The position numbers were made by a program, and so were the translations under genes. 64,000 nt of DNA from a virus (lineage: Duplodnaviria > Caudoviricetes). Shown one piece after another: positions 27,901-35,615 of this stretch. The number at the start of each line of letters is the position of its first letter. Position 1 is the first letter of the stretch. The stretch covers positions 16,507-80,506 of the IMG/VR virus record IMGVR_UViG_3300005345_000001. One strand, written 5' to 3'. Below the pieces are notes generated by a model. The model was not told the DNA's origin and made no database searches. It worked only from the letters and a program-made list of their open reading frames with translations.

Positions 27901-30663
27901 CGGGGATTAAACTCTGAGCTGCGCCAATATCGGGACGCTGCCAGCTCCATCAATGCCGATCGAGCGGAAGCCTCCCAGAGCCGTCACGGTCGGGTGACCA
28001 TACCTTTCTCTGCCCAGAACGAGTTCACGCGCCCTGCGGCACAGCTGGAGCTTCCCAGCAGCCTCTACGATTATGGTGCCCTGACCCAAGGAGAGCACTT
28101 AGCCATCACCTCCCGGGCCAACCATGAACGGGTCGTGGCCTACGCCACCGCCGTGCAGCGGGCTGTTAACGAGTTACAGAACCGAGTCAATCGGGTCGAG
28201 GCCAAAGAGATTACCGAAGAGCAGGCTGCCCAATCTTACGGGGGCAACTTCAGCGAGTTGAAGGATGTGCTGGGGATCCTGCGCGCCATCCTGGATGACT
28301 TCACCCAGGCCTACAAACTGGGCAATCCCGCTCTGACTCAAAGCGAATGGTATCGCGAGGGCTTTGGTGCAATGACTAGCGCAGTGCTAGCGCTGCCCAC
28401 GGTGGGTATTCGCAACATGACGGGTGGCCAGTTCGAAACGTACCTGATGAGTCGGGCCATGGGCTTGGCTGGCCAGCGCTTAACGATGTGGCGTGCGCTC
28501 AAGAATATGGGTCGCACCGTGACCCGACTTGCTCTGAGCCTAGGTCATAGCGTCGCCAAACAGAGTGATGCGCTGGGAGGGCTGTTGACCGGCAAGGATC
28601 AGGAGACCTTCCAGAAGCTAGTCGAGAACATCGCCTCGATGCTCTTCCAGCCTGACTTCCGCGCCTCCGGGGAGCGCGTCAATCAGCTGGGCTACGATAC
28701 CCGCGACCGGCTTCTTAATCGCCTCTCACGCATCTGGCAGGACACAGCCGAAACAACTACCACAGAAGAGCTTGGGCATCCAGAGAGGACCAAGCGCCGC
28801 AAACTCATACTGGCTGGGCCCAAGGCGATCCGCGCCATCTTCGACAAGATTGGTGTCCAGCAATACGATCAAGCCATCAACGCCTCGCTCCTGACTTATT
28901 CCGACTGGCTGTCCAAGCGGTTGGAGGAAGTGGCGATGAACTACGGATCCGCCAGAGAAGCGGCTGGCCTTACCCAGTTCGACGTCACTGATCCCAAGTG
29001 GCAGCTCCAGCCTCATGAATGGAGCGCTTTCAGGAGCAGCAAACAGAACGAAGATTCGTTGGCCCTGTTCCGAACCTTCCTTGAAGCCTCCGCTAACGCC
29101 GAAGGATTCCAGTTGGAGCGCAACCTGTGGCGTTACTATCAAGAAGCCAAGGCCGGTAATCACCCCAAGATATTCACAGACAATCAGTTCGATGCCGTCA
29201 GCCGCCGATTACTCTCTGAATTCAATGCTTCCACACCTGCCAACCGTGCCAGTGCCGCCGCCGGTAATCGGGTTATTCGCAACTTATTGACACTGCAAGG
29301 GTATACGTCTGATGGGCTTCTAAAACTTGTCAACAGTTTCGGCGCTGTCCGGGATCGCGGAGATCTGGCTCAGACCATGAGCAAGCTCCCTCACCTGGCG
29401 ACCCTGGCGTTGATGGCCGTTCTCATCGGGGCTTTCTCCCTATCCCTGACCGGCCAATGGGAGAAGACGATGCGAGGACGCATGCCCAGCATGGCCACTC
29501 CGCTGGACAAGGATTTCTACAGCAGTGTTGGCCGTTTCCTCAGCAACATCTCCAGCTTAGGCATGGCGCAGTTGTTCTATGTAGGAGACATCCTGTTACA
29601 GCTCAAAGGGGAGGTGGTGGGCAACCGTGGCTTTGATCCATTGGGTCGCGTGTTCCCCGTGTCCATTGTGCAGCGGGCCTGGCGCACGCTGGTAGGGATG
29701 TATAACACCGCTAAGAGCGGCCAGGCTGATGTCGGCCAGGTGTTGGCGCCCATGGCCGATTACGGTCGCAGCGTCATCCCGTATTGGGCTGAGGCGGAGA
29801 GGCTCTTCGGAGCCCAACAGTCACTGACCAAACAGACCGAGCGGCTCTACCGGACTGAGGGCAACTATCAGGAACTCCTGCCTGAAGCCCGCATGGCATC
29901 GGCGGGCCCAAACTATCAGCCCACGACAATCATTCGCCGCGATCTGAGCGATGCCGTCTCTGCGCTCTTCGAGGCTCGGGAAGCTAAGGATTCCGTCAAA
30001 GCTCAAGCCGCCCTTCTGGAAGGCCAGCGGCAGATGAAGAAGCTGGAGGATTTTTACACCGCCAAATACGTGGCGCTGGGTGACGATGAACTCACAGCTC
30101 GGGAGAAAGCGTCGCGGGACGTGTGGAACGATTATCAGAGTCTCAACCCAGTGGTAGCGGGGCTGTTAGGTAAACGGCCCACGCAAGCCCAATACGAACT
30201 GTTGCAGAAGGGTCTCACTGGAGAACGTGGAGCGCTGGCCAAGAGAGGTGTCGAAGCCTGGCAGAATGGCGCCTGGGAATTGTTCGGCCGCGAAGGGGTG
30301 GTCAGCCGTGAGGACGTGGCGCTGGGCCGGGGAGGTGGCCAGGCCAAGGTTGCTCCAATCACTAGCCCCTACCAGATAATCGGTGTGGCCGGGGCCCCTC
30401 GTGACCGGGTGCGCGCCATCCAAATCGGTAACACCGGTTACCTGCGTCCGGCCCGTCCGGCTCGGCCCCTGCGTCCATTGCGCATTGGTGGACGCGCCAC
30501 GTCCCGATCCCGATCTGGCGCCCGCCCGCCTCGGCCCGGTGGGGCCCGACCGGCTGGTGGCCCATCGGTGGTGCGCCCCAAAACCAGGCTGGGCCGGCTC
30601 CGGCGCTTGAACCGACGCATCAAAGGGCGTATGGGTCGCCGCCAGACTTATACGTTCGAATGA
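21958..30663 (+). CDS. Large polyvalent internal virion/ejection protein (2901 aa) with a zincin-like metallopeptidase motif
   Basis: LNHELTHNN (HExxH, about 24625-24639) followed by ELLAEAFSNP; mostly helical; Arg/Pro/Gly-rich C-terminal tail. Confidence 0.75.
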   Translation: MPRLVNLGEGYGVVAWPDEASDEQIVNDYNALESERLRAIEEGKLVNARLADIMESNRPTLGKTLLRGALGLREGAAGITKQAVGNLARSLVVPEGGLQVSTRPTNPMAPARLLEEAGKGLAAEGTKQLEEAEYEGERLGGGLPGQIAGTVGTIAGASAPALLAAPLGLPAAAIAGGVTAYGPTAEQFKERLMQLNPNLSEEEAYRKAEGPAGLVAVATGLLTRAFGGTERLIEHITRTGLKQQGVESLFKQVFKAASLEAPEEFTQQLAQGYTEKAYIDPNKPVGEIWNESGLAALAGFGLGGATAGGILISARLGGAAVQRIETALEPGRLRRQSRRASVERIKQAIAEREAQDAQAARTTIEAPSQQAQRLEQEAQERLRVRGAEENRVEAQPGAVTDPWDQLNRQYGKSDNPLASDSLVIQNEQGVVSIQGRSIDGNLVEVGKFTPEESAEWIAADALPRAERRAAQTAIRNRIAQRMLQPAQPGAVTPPPLPTPPTARFQIGERVGMDNGITGTVRPATKSGYGFAVGDPVVFGDGTDDQYPLHEMWKPLADIKREIATKPFNRLEAVAAVPSYPFIPPALVDRALATMERLHNRLIDRGIDPDTSAANREPEHQLMQQITGSLERLGRQNKSVQKKYKRANAKTAADALAQVNERLQAADALPAQPPAGTELLSPAQQRIPIEIQRADGTRVKGEFNGYYDLRSMGRGTVPSVGWLNAEGKMTHGLLGAGETIIGTVPTFEEWMASKQQQSPSDLRRLEDSTAFGMAGPEFGTVDWRAFTTEHPNGNIVDWAKLRAEVESGRLNGGEAGNALLLHFLRRSDLHPAEIAILDVTPADVAGISETGTGFYGRHISYEVLPSMIQIVARGFHGNTISQAEFVRTLNHELTHNNITAKWESASMDVRQDLADLFSFIVDRSKGTEFENHNLVKNAGELLAEAFSNPAVQRWMASLDYSMHVRRDERGRPLIPPPQFRKSVFRQFLEIVKRILRLPDFLTDMFGNRVETITALDQAINLGNQLEGTRRVAPNTPIVSYSPATPPAAPTTGPPPTPPPIEGMQVAGGAAEVGRIAEEIYAKREQGAAALEGLAFERRQYRVAKGELKRLAGIATGRFITDGITAEQLKGYPDPMENVGIEEGQINVGPDFATKLNAVQVDFNPANVHDMQGELFYENAAHRLVKLRDRINSLVQAASYYEILKVDPDEQKKLAEQIAKLQAKEAIFGQATWNGQSVAERAAEIEATNAQRQDRFAQRNALGLDPVIEFFGDNVGSYRNFSDKAQAGLAMAQAIQANAPPDQVAAAAAQVQQWVTLSTDVQNAIRNGFPLNKEQKASIFAAIAKTFEDFDIQRNRMLELQKTEEPKIAARIADLLRNITDAKIESGLSEVLLADVRDTLEGEIGRTGTLDSQERAQELKNRLFAIRSFAEWMGRNIETNRALFDALVSPVGQREYALSANQNYGTDPKTVAMIIAEAKRNPDFSSAVVNLIEASDKKLLQLPVAQLERIQELLAEGDPDGAKAVADNLQKMALSRASAANTAVRSAMKELDTLQIQQKTLLEGNAMFNEVAALPEYTQIRDIVNASPYGLTEPMVEQNNTATTFKPFGTKETANHPGLVLGAADDFVLKGKWFKKVNAWHRAAQDYVDEYDQRLTAHVSDPKVNPSPEVLGYDAAKVRGLRDAVERFVPGSFLEASLLSEEKRWKVPALIRHASKWSWFRQHDFVAKMVGGIAGTDLRGRLGDFVNHFLKARHVIQKYQDIPDLINKAMKSHPEVQLNLANYRVVFNELAHWGRQFGSPVRAGFVLPLSGTIVTKEDMELLRQEVAFEEDLRRNVTETRPVEGVRLQVGKRTLVRPGAYVGDPGKGLPRHLNRKADSFIADILAAYGTNTAGFDVNANPQDPIIAFWNKRLPMLTQHVLDIRRQDRLMRISPQMQQAYQDLANEWMGTTGKAPALTSFEELVNFLVAKYPHTPGVNTRDEVMRGLNSELRQYRDAASSINADRAEASQSRHGRVTIPFSAQNEFTRPAAQLELPSSLYDYGALTQGEHLAITSRANHERVVAYATAVQRAVNELQNRVNRVEAKEITEEQAAQSYGGNFSELKDVLGILRAILDDFTQAYKLGNPALTQSEWYREGFGAMTSAVLALPTVGIRNMTGGQFETYLMSRAMGLAGQRLTMWRALKNMGRTVTRLALSLGHSVAKQSDALGGLLTGKDQETFQKLVENIASMLFQPDFRASGERVNQLGYDTRDRLLNRLSRIWQDTAETTTTEELGHPERTKRRKLILAGPKAIRAIFDKIGVQQYDQAINASLLTYSDWLSKRLEEVAMNYGSAREAAGLTQFDVTDPKWQLQPHEWSAFRSSKQNEDSLALFRTFLEASANAEGFQLERNLWRYYQEAKAGNHPKIFTDNQFDAVSRRLLSEFNASTPANRASAAAGNRVIRNLLTLQGYTSDGLLKLVNSFGAVRDRGDLAQTMSKLPHLATLALMAVLIGAFSLSLTGQWEKTMRGRMPSMATPLDKDFYSSVGRFLSNISSLGMAQLFYVGDILLQLKGEVVGNRGFDPLGRVFPVSIVQRAWRTLVGMYNTAKSGQADVGQVLAPMADYGRSVIPYWAEAERLFGAQQSLTKQTERLYRTEGNYQELLPEARMASAGPNYQPTTIIRRDLSDAVSALFEAREAKDSVKAQAALLEGQRQMKKLEDFYTAKYVALGDDELTAREKASRDVWNDYQSLNPVVAGLLGKRPTQAQYELLQKGLTGERGALAKRGVEAWQNGAWELFGREGVVSREDVALGRGGGQAKVAPITSPYQIIGVAGAPRDRVRAIQIGNTGYLRPARPARPLRPLRIGGRATSRSRSGARPPRPGGARPAGGPSVVRPKTRLGRLRRLNRRIKGRMGRRQTYTFE
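23136..23432 (+). repeat. 21-bp perfect direct repeat agcccagccgggagcggtaac at 23136-23156 and 23412-23432
   Basis: Read directly from the sequence; spacing 276 nt, in frame, both copies encode AQPGAVT. Confidence 0.9.
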
Positions 30664-31239
30664 TTAGTTGGATCGGGAAAAGTCGCCGTATAGTTCCTTG
30701 GCTTTCGCGGCATAGGCAGCGTGGGCTTCTTCCGGCGTGGCAAATGTCCCGAGAGGTATCTGCTTGCCTCCGTATCCAATCTGGGCGCGGAAGCGGTTCC
30801 GCTTCATTGATACGCCTTTCGGCAATTGGGCATGCTTGCGATGCACGTGGGCTTTCTGGTTGGCCGCATTCTGGACCCGCGTGGCAAGGCGGAGATTAGT
30901 CCATACGTTGTTCAGTCGGTTACAGTCCTTATGATCTACCTCAAACCCGGCCGGGATATCCACGCCCATTAAAACAAACGCCAGCCGATGGGCTCTAAAC
31001 ATTGTAGTCTTTCCGTTTATCACCAACCTGATCTCCAGACATCCGGGAAATCCGCGCTTGCTTGCCGCTTTATGTCCGGCCGGTTTCCCTGCGAATCTAT
31101 ACGTGAAGGTCCGCCATGCACGTTCATTTATGAAATGCGAACGCGGCCTTTCCTTCCAGCAAAACTGTCCCGTTTGAGGATCATAGCTGAGGCATTGGTT
31201 TAGATATTGCGCTGGCGGAAGTGGAGTGGTCTTCTTCAT
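30664..31239 (-). CDS. HNH-AP2 homing endonuclease
   Basis: LSYDPQTGQFCW...AHRLAF...VDHKDCNRLNNVWTNLRLAT...KGV...FRAQI...LGTFATPEEAHAAY. Confidence 0.93.
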   Translation of the reverse strand: MKKTTPLPPAQYLNQCLSYDPQTGQFCWKERPRSHFINERAWRTFTYRFAGKPAGHKAASKRGFPGCLEIRLVINGKTTMFRAHRLAFVLMGVDIPAGFEVDHKDCNRLNNVWTNLRLATRVQNAANQKAHVHRKHAQLPKGVSMKRNRFRAQIGYGGKQIPLGTFATPEEAHAAYAAKAKELYGDFSRSN

Positions 31240-31241
31240 TG

Positions 31242-31982
31242 GTGGCTAATTTAGCGTTCACCATTTCTTCCTACAGATTGACGTCGTTTGTCCAGCTTGG
31301 GTTGGCTCAATTCAGACAATTATCACCCGAAAGCCCGCTGCTTGTGTCAGATGACAGGTCTCATGAGTCTGATGAGATTAAGCGGATATCGGAACAATAC
31401 GGCGCCAATTATAAGTGTTCGCGTGTTCGACGATCTCATTTCGGCGGCGATTTTCAGGGCCTCGTCAATGCGCTGGCTTTCGCAGAGGCGGCTGGCGCGG
31501 ACGTTGGGATTAAAGTTTCCCAGCGGTTCATCTTCCGGCGACCAGAATCTATCGAAGTCATTAAGCGGGCATTCGCTGACCCCAATATCTGCGTGGCTAC
31601 ACCTGGCCAGCCAGCCAAAGGCGGGGCGTTCGCCAAATTCACCACGCTCTCTGATATTGTGGCAATTCGGGTGGGCAGCATAACCCCAGAGGATTTGCTC
31701 CAAATGTACCGGGGCCGGCTGATACGGGAGAAGGTGCCGTGGGCTTCCTTCATCGAGTGCGCCGTCGATGACCTTCATCACAGCAAGTTCCCGGGCAGGA
31801 CGGTGAAGATGCCTGAGCTAACCAATCCGGTCGGAGACCCCATTTATTTACGCCGCTACCAAGCCACCGAACAGCAGTATCGCAACCTGGCCCTGACCCA
31901 TGGCCTGAACGGTATCTATCCCACCAACGAATGGGGCCAGATCGAAGGCCGTCGTTACATGTGCAGGCCGGTGGTAGTTTAA
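31242..31982 (+). CDS. Glycosyltransferase (GT-A/GT2-like)
   Basis: Probable GTG start at 31242 (MANLAFTISSY...LLVSDDRS); GT2-like N-terminal strand and DD motif. Confidence 0.55.
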   Translation: MANLAFTISSYRLTSFVQLGLAQFRQLSPESPLLVSDDRSHESDEIKRISEQYGANYKCSRVRRSHFGGDFQGLVNALAFAEAAGADVGIKVSQRFIFRRPESIEVIKRAFADPNICVATPGQPAKGGAFAKFTTLSDIVAIRVGSITPEDLLQMYRGRLIREKVPWASFIECAVDDLHHSKFPGRTVKMPELTNPVGDPIYLRRYQATEQQYRNLALTHGLNGIYPTNEWGQIEGRRYMCRPVVV

Positions 31983-32350
31983 GGTCGCTTCACCAGGCGC
32001 ACAAAGAACTTCCCCGTCCAAGGCAGCCCTGGACCGCTGGTGTAAACCACCGTGCTAGTGGCATCGGTCCACTGGGTCATGTTGGTGCTCCACTGTGGCA
32101 CCCAGCCCGGCTCGATTGGTGTCGGCCAGTAAGCGGCAAAGACGAGCGGCTCCTGCGGTTGAGCCACTGTGAGCACGGGACCAGAGGCAGCCGTGAATGG
32201 CGTGGCTGATGCCAAACGCTGCGCGACAAATGATTTAGGTGCAATCGCTACAGGCCGGTCGCTGGGTGGCGGCACTGGTAACTTTTTGCGTGGGGTAGTT
32301 TGGCAACCAATAAGGACGAACAGAGCCAGCGGAACAATAAAGGTTTTCAT
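31979..32350 (-). CDS. Small lipoprotein
   Basis: MKTFIVPLALFVLIG|C lipobox; QWSTNMTQW...KFFVR motif. Confidence 0.7.
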   Translation of the reverse strand: MKTFIVPLALFVLIGCQTTPRKKLPVPPPSDRPVAIAPKSFVAQRLASATPFTAASGPVLTVAQPQEPLVFAAYWPTPIEPGWVPQWSTNMTQWTDATSTVVYTSGPGLPWTGKFFVRLVKRP

Positions 32351-32353
32351 AGG

Positions 32354-32908
32354 TCAATTGAAGCGTGCGAACTCACCGAACAGTTCCTTAGCCTTCGCGC
32401 AGTAAGCCGCGTGGGCATCGGCTGAACTGTGGAAGGTCCCAAGCGGTATCCTGACTCCATTAACGCAAATAGAAGATCGGAATGTTTTTCCGTCCGTGTA
32501 TACTCCCTTTGGAAGCGCATGCTTTCGGGCCCGATTGGATACTTTGTTCTGAGCGTTCTGGCTGATTGTTGCCAGACGAAGATTGGACCACTTGTTGTTA
32601 AATGGATTGCCGTCTTTATGGTCCGGAATCATCCCCGACGGAATGATAACGCCCATCAGCATGAATGCTATCCTGGCCGCGTTAATCTCATGCGGCCTAC
32701 CACTTTTAGTTATAGAAATCCTGATGGCATGACGACGGCCTCTACAATAGTGCTGGCTGCCTGCTATCTTTCCAGCTTGTCGGCAGTTGGTTTTAACCCA
32801 GCATGCTATAGTCGGAAAGTGGTGTCGTGGGCGCTCCTTCCAATGGCAGACGCCAGTCTCCGGATCATACGTTAGGCATTCAACAATATACTCAATGGAC
32901 AGACTCAT
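32354..32908 (-). CDS. HNH-AP2 homing endonuclease
   Basis: LTYDPETG...DHKDGNPFNNKWSNLRLAT...KGVY...LGTFHSSADAHAAY; ATGA-coupled to the radical SAM gene. Confidence 0.93.
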   Translation of the reverse strand: MSLSIEYIVECLTYDPETGVCHWKERPRHHFPTIACWVKTNCRQAGKIAGSQHYCRGRRHAIRISITKSGRPHEINAARIAFMLMGVIIPSGMIPDHKDGNPFNNKWSNLRLATISQNAQNKVSNRARKHALPKGVYTDGKTFRSSICVNGVRIPLGTFHSSADAHAAYCAKAKELFGEFARFN

Positions 32909-34107
32909 GTGAAGTTTAAGTGTTGAGGGGGCTGACTATCTGGAATCGGAGTTGGCATGCCATCGATAACATCGCCTATGAAATCCACTTGATCGCTAAA
33001 GACACAATTAGGGCAGATGTCATCTTCAATCACCTGCCGGATGGGCTGAGAATAGAGTTCACCCACTTTATCCCATGCGCATACGGCCCACTGACTTCCG
33101 AATTTGTGGCCAGCAGTTTTGTTGAGCACGACCGAATCACATGGATATACAAGCCCATTGGCGTTTAGGCATGGCCGTGTATAAACCTTGGCGCACTTAT
33201 GTCTCGGCTGACGTGGCGGCTTGAACTGACTGAATACTCTATCCGGGTCAATCCGGTTGGCCATGGCTTGCAGTTGCGCGTGGCGTTTTGGGATGAGCTC
33301 GGGTTGGAGGCAGTTGCAGAGCAGTCTTACATATTCTGGCGCATGGTTCTCAACGTAGGCTGAGATCTGCTCCTCGATCCATGGCAGTCGATCCTCGACC
33401 ATGACGACCTTTCGGTTCTCCATCGGCGTGCGGATGTCCTCAGGCGTCGACACCCAACCATGCTTATGCGAAGGCTCTTCGTAGGAGTCGCTCATGATCC
33501 AGCTGAACCCAAGCGTGGTCTTAGATGGATCGATGGATGGCACGTAGACAGTGCGTTCTGGATGATCAAGGCCAGCCATGGAGATGCGAATCCAAGTGAA
33601 GTAATCCAACACATTGGGATGCGCCGTCTTCCATCCTGTTCGGTATTGCTTGCCGGACGGAAACAGCGGGCCGGTCATATCGTAATGCACTAGCGGCATG
33701 CCATTAGTGATGAGAGCCAGCTCCACTCCTCGGTCGTGGATGCTCTGGGCTAAGCCATTGAAATCAGTCTTGGTTTCTGGGCAGCGATAAAGCAGCGGAT
33801 TTCCTCCGCCGGAGAGCGTCACCGATTTAAGGCCCAGGGGACAAAGCTGGTCCAAAAATCCATTGATGATGCGGATGGGGAGAACATCACCCGGACGCTC
33901 TCCGACAGAACAAAACGAACACTTAGCATTGCAGATATCAGTGGGGGCGATCCAACAACTGATGGGCGTGCCACGCTTATTGCGCAGTTGCTCCATGGCC
34001 TCCTGGTGCCAGAACAACTTCTCGCCAGTGGACGTAAATGACGTCGATAGCGATGGGGTTAGCATTATCCTCCCTGCACCGTCGTGATTGCGGATTGCAA
34101 CAGCCAT
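32905..34107 (-). CDS. Radical SAM protein with a SPASM/twitch-like C-terminus
   Basis: CNAKCSFC (CxxxCxxC), SGGGNPLL, and a C-terminal LNANGLVYPC...CPNC. Confidence 0.92.
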   Translation of the reverse strand: MAVAIRNHDGAGRIMLTPSLSTSFTSTGEKLFWHQEAMEQLRNKRGTPISCWIAPTDICNAKCSFCSVGERPGDVLPIRIINGFLDQLCPLGLKSVTLSGGGNPLLYRCPETKTDFNGLAQSIHDRGVELALITNGMPLVHYDMTGPLFPSGKQYRTGWKTAHPNVLDYFTWIRISMAGLDHPERTVYVPSIDPSKTTLGFSWIMSDSYEEPSHKHGWVSTPEDIRTPMENRKVVMVEDRLPWIEEQISAYVENHAPEYVRLLCNCLQPELIPKRHAQLQAMANRIDPDRVFSQFKPPRQPRHKCAKVYTRPCLNANGLVYPCDSVVLNKTAGHKFGSQWAVCAWDKVGELYSQPIRQVIEDDICPNCVFSDQVDFIGDVIDGMPTPIPDSQPPQHLNFT

Positions 34108-34325
34108 CCCTTGCGCTGATAACGCTCCCTCATGATGGGCGCTGGCGCATTCATGCCCAGTGCGTTGGCACGGTTGAGGAAGTCACGGCGGTTACGGGTG
34201 GAGAAACCCGTGGCGGTGTTAACCATCAGCCCGCGATTGTTTTTACGGTTTAGGCGCAGGGTCTTTAGATCTTGCACGCGCTGGCCCTGGTCGATAGTTC
34301 GGAGACGATATACCACTTCAGCCAT
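34065..34325 (-). CDS. Small basic hypothetical protein
   Basis: ATG 34325 (MAEVVYRLRT...), Arg-rich. Confidence 0.5.
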   Translation of the reverse strand: MAEVVYRLRTIDQGQRVQDLKTLRLNRKNNRGLMVNTATGFSTRNRRDFLNRANALGMNAPAPIMRERYQRKGWLLQSAITTVQGG

Positions 34326-34342
34326 ATCACCCACTCAATCAC

Positions 34343-35038
34343 TTGACGCGGGCCAGGGCAACTCAAATACTGGCCTCCGTGCAAAGCCCATACGATGAGG
34401 AGTATTTCCTGCGTGGCAAACAATCTGGTAAATCCTTGTACGAGAACTATCGCTGGCTCCCAGATTTAACCATACCCATGGCCAGGCGGATGATTGAGCA
34501 TTGTGGCATTGCGATGGATGACACCGTTCTGGATTTTGGCTGTAGCCGTGGGTATCTGGTTAAGGCGATGAGGGAGATTGGCTTCTGTGCCTACGGGCAG
34601 GACATATCCGATTGGGCTATCGCCAATTGCGATCCTGACGTGACTCAATACGTATCGGTCCAACGGCCAGCGATTAAGCCAGACTGGATCATTGCCAAGG
34701 ATGTCCTGGAGCACCTGACATCGGGAGAACTGCTGGCCACGCTGGAGACATTCGGCGCAATGGCCAACAAAGGGATCTTTGTGGTGGTGCCACTATCCAA
34801 TGACGGGAAGCTATATGTCGTGCCAGAATACGAAGAGGACGTAACGCACAAGCAGAGGCTCAGCCTGCTCTTTTGGGTCAGCGTCTTCCACACCGTGCTG
34901 AAAGATATCAGCTGGGAAATTTCTTCACGCTATCGCATCGAGGGCATCAAAGATAATTACGCCCACTTCCCACGCGGCAACGGCTTCATCACCTGTAGGC
35001 GTATCATTTCGCGCACCACAGGATCGTCGAAAACTTAA
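34343..35038 (+). CDS. Class I SAM-dependent methyltransferase
   Basis: VLDFGCSRGYLVKAM...YGQDIS...KDVLEHL; start may be GTG at 34378. Confidence 0.88.
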   Translation: MTRARATQILASVQSPYDEEYFLRGKQSGKSLYENYRWLPDLTIPMARRMIEHCGIAMDDTVLDFGCSRGYLVKAMREIGFCAYGQDISDWAIANCDPDVTQYVSVQRPAIKPDWIIAKDVLEHLTSGELLATLETFGAMANKGIFVVVPLSNDGKLYVVPEYEEDVTHKQRLSLLFWVSVFHTVLKDISWEISSRYRIEGIKDNYAHFPRGNGFITCRRIISRTTGSSKT

Positions 35039-35615
35039 GTCGATTTAACTGAGAGCGCAGCGCATCCACCACCGCCTGCCGGGACCGGTCTTGACCGATT
35101 GCAACCTTGAACCCATCAAGGGTAAAGCCAGCCTTTAGCACAAGGCAGCGCAGGGAATCGAAGGTCAGCAGCTGCTTGTGCTCGCGGTGGAACAGGGCAT
35201 AATCGAAGAACCGCGTGTAATGGGAGTCCTGCCATGCTCCGGAGATGCTCTCACCAAACAGTTCGATAGCTCGCTCTCTGGTATCCTTTTCGTAGACAGA
35301 CAGGAAGTAACTGGCGTCAGGGACTGACACAACCAATAGTCCTCCGGGTTTGAGCACACGCCGGCAATCTTCGAGAACCGTAACCGCATCGAAGCAGTTA
35401 AAGTGCTCGACGACATGCTGGATTAACACCCCATCGAAGATGTCCTGGAACGGCATCGGACCAGCCAATAGCGTGTGCTCAACGTAGTTGTGCTCCTTGT
35501 CCAGGTTGGTTCGCTCAGGCGTCCCAACATCCAGATGCTTACGCAACTCATCCAGGTTGATCCATGTTGCGTCCTGTGGGCGCTGTCCGCCACAGCCTAC
35601 GTTGAGCAGCTTCAT
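35004..35615 (-). CDS. Class I SAM-dependent methyltransferase (type 11-like)
   Basis: KLLNVGCGG...QHVVEHF...RRVLKPGGLLVVSVPD. Confidence 0.9.
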   Translation of the reverse strand: MKLLNVGCGGQRPQDATWINLDELRKHLDVGTPERTNLDKEHNYVEHTLLAGPMPFQDIFDGVLIQHVVEHFNCFDAVTVLEDCRRVLKPGGLLVVSVPDASYFLSVYEKDTRERAIELFGESISGAWQDSHYTRFFDYALFHREHKQLLTFDSLRCLVLKAGFTLDGFKVAIGQDRSRQAVVDALRSQLNRLKFSTILWCAK

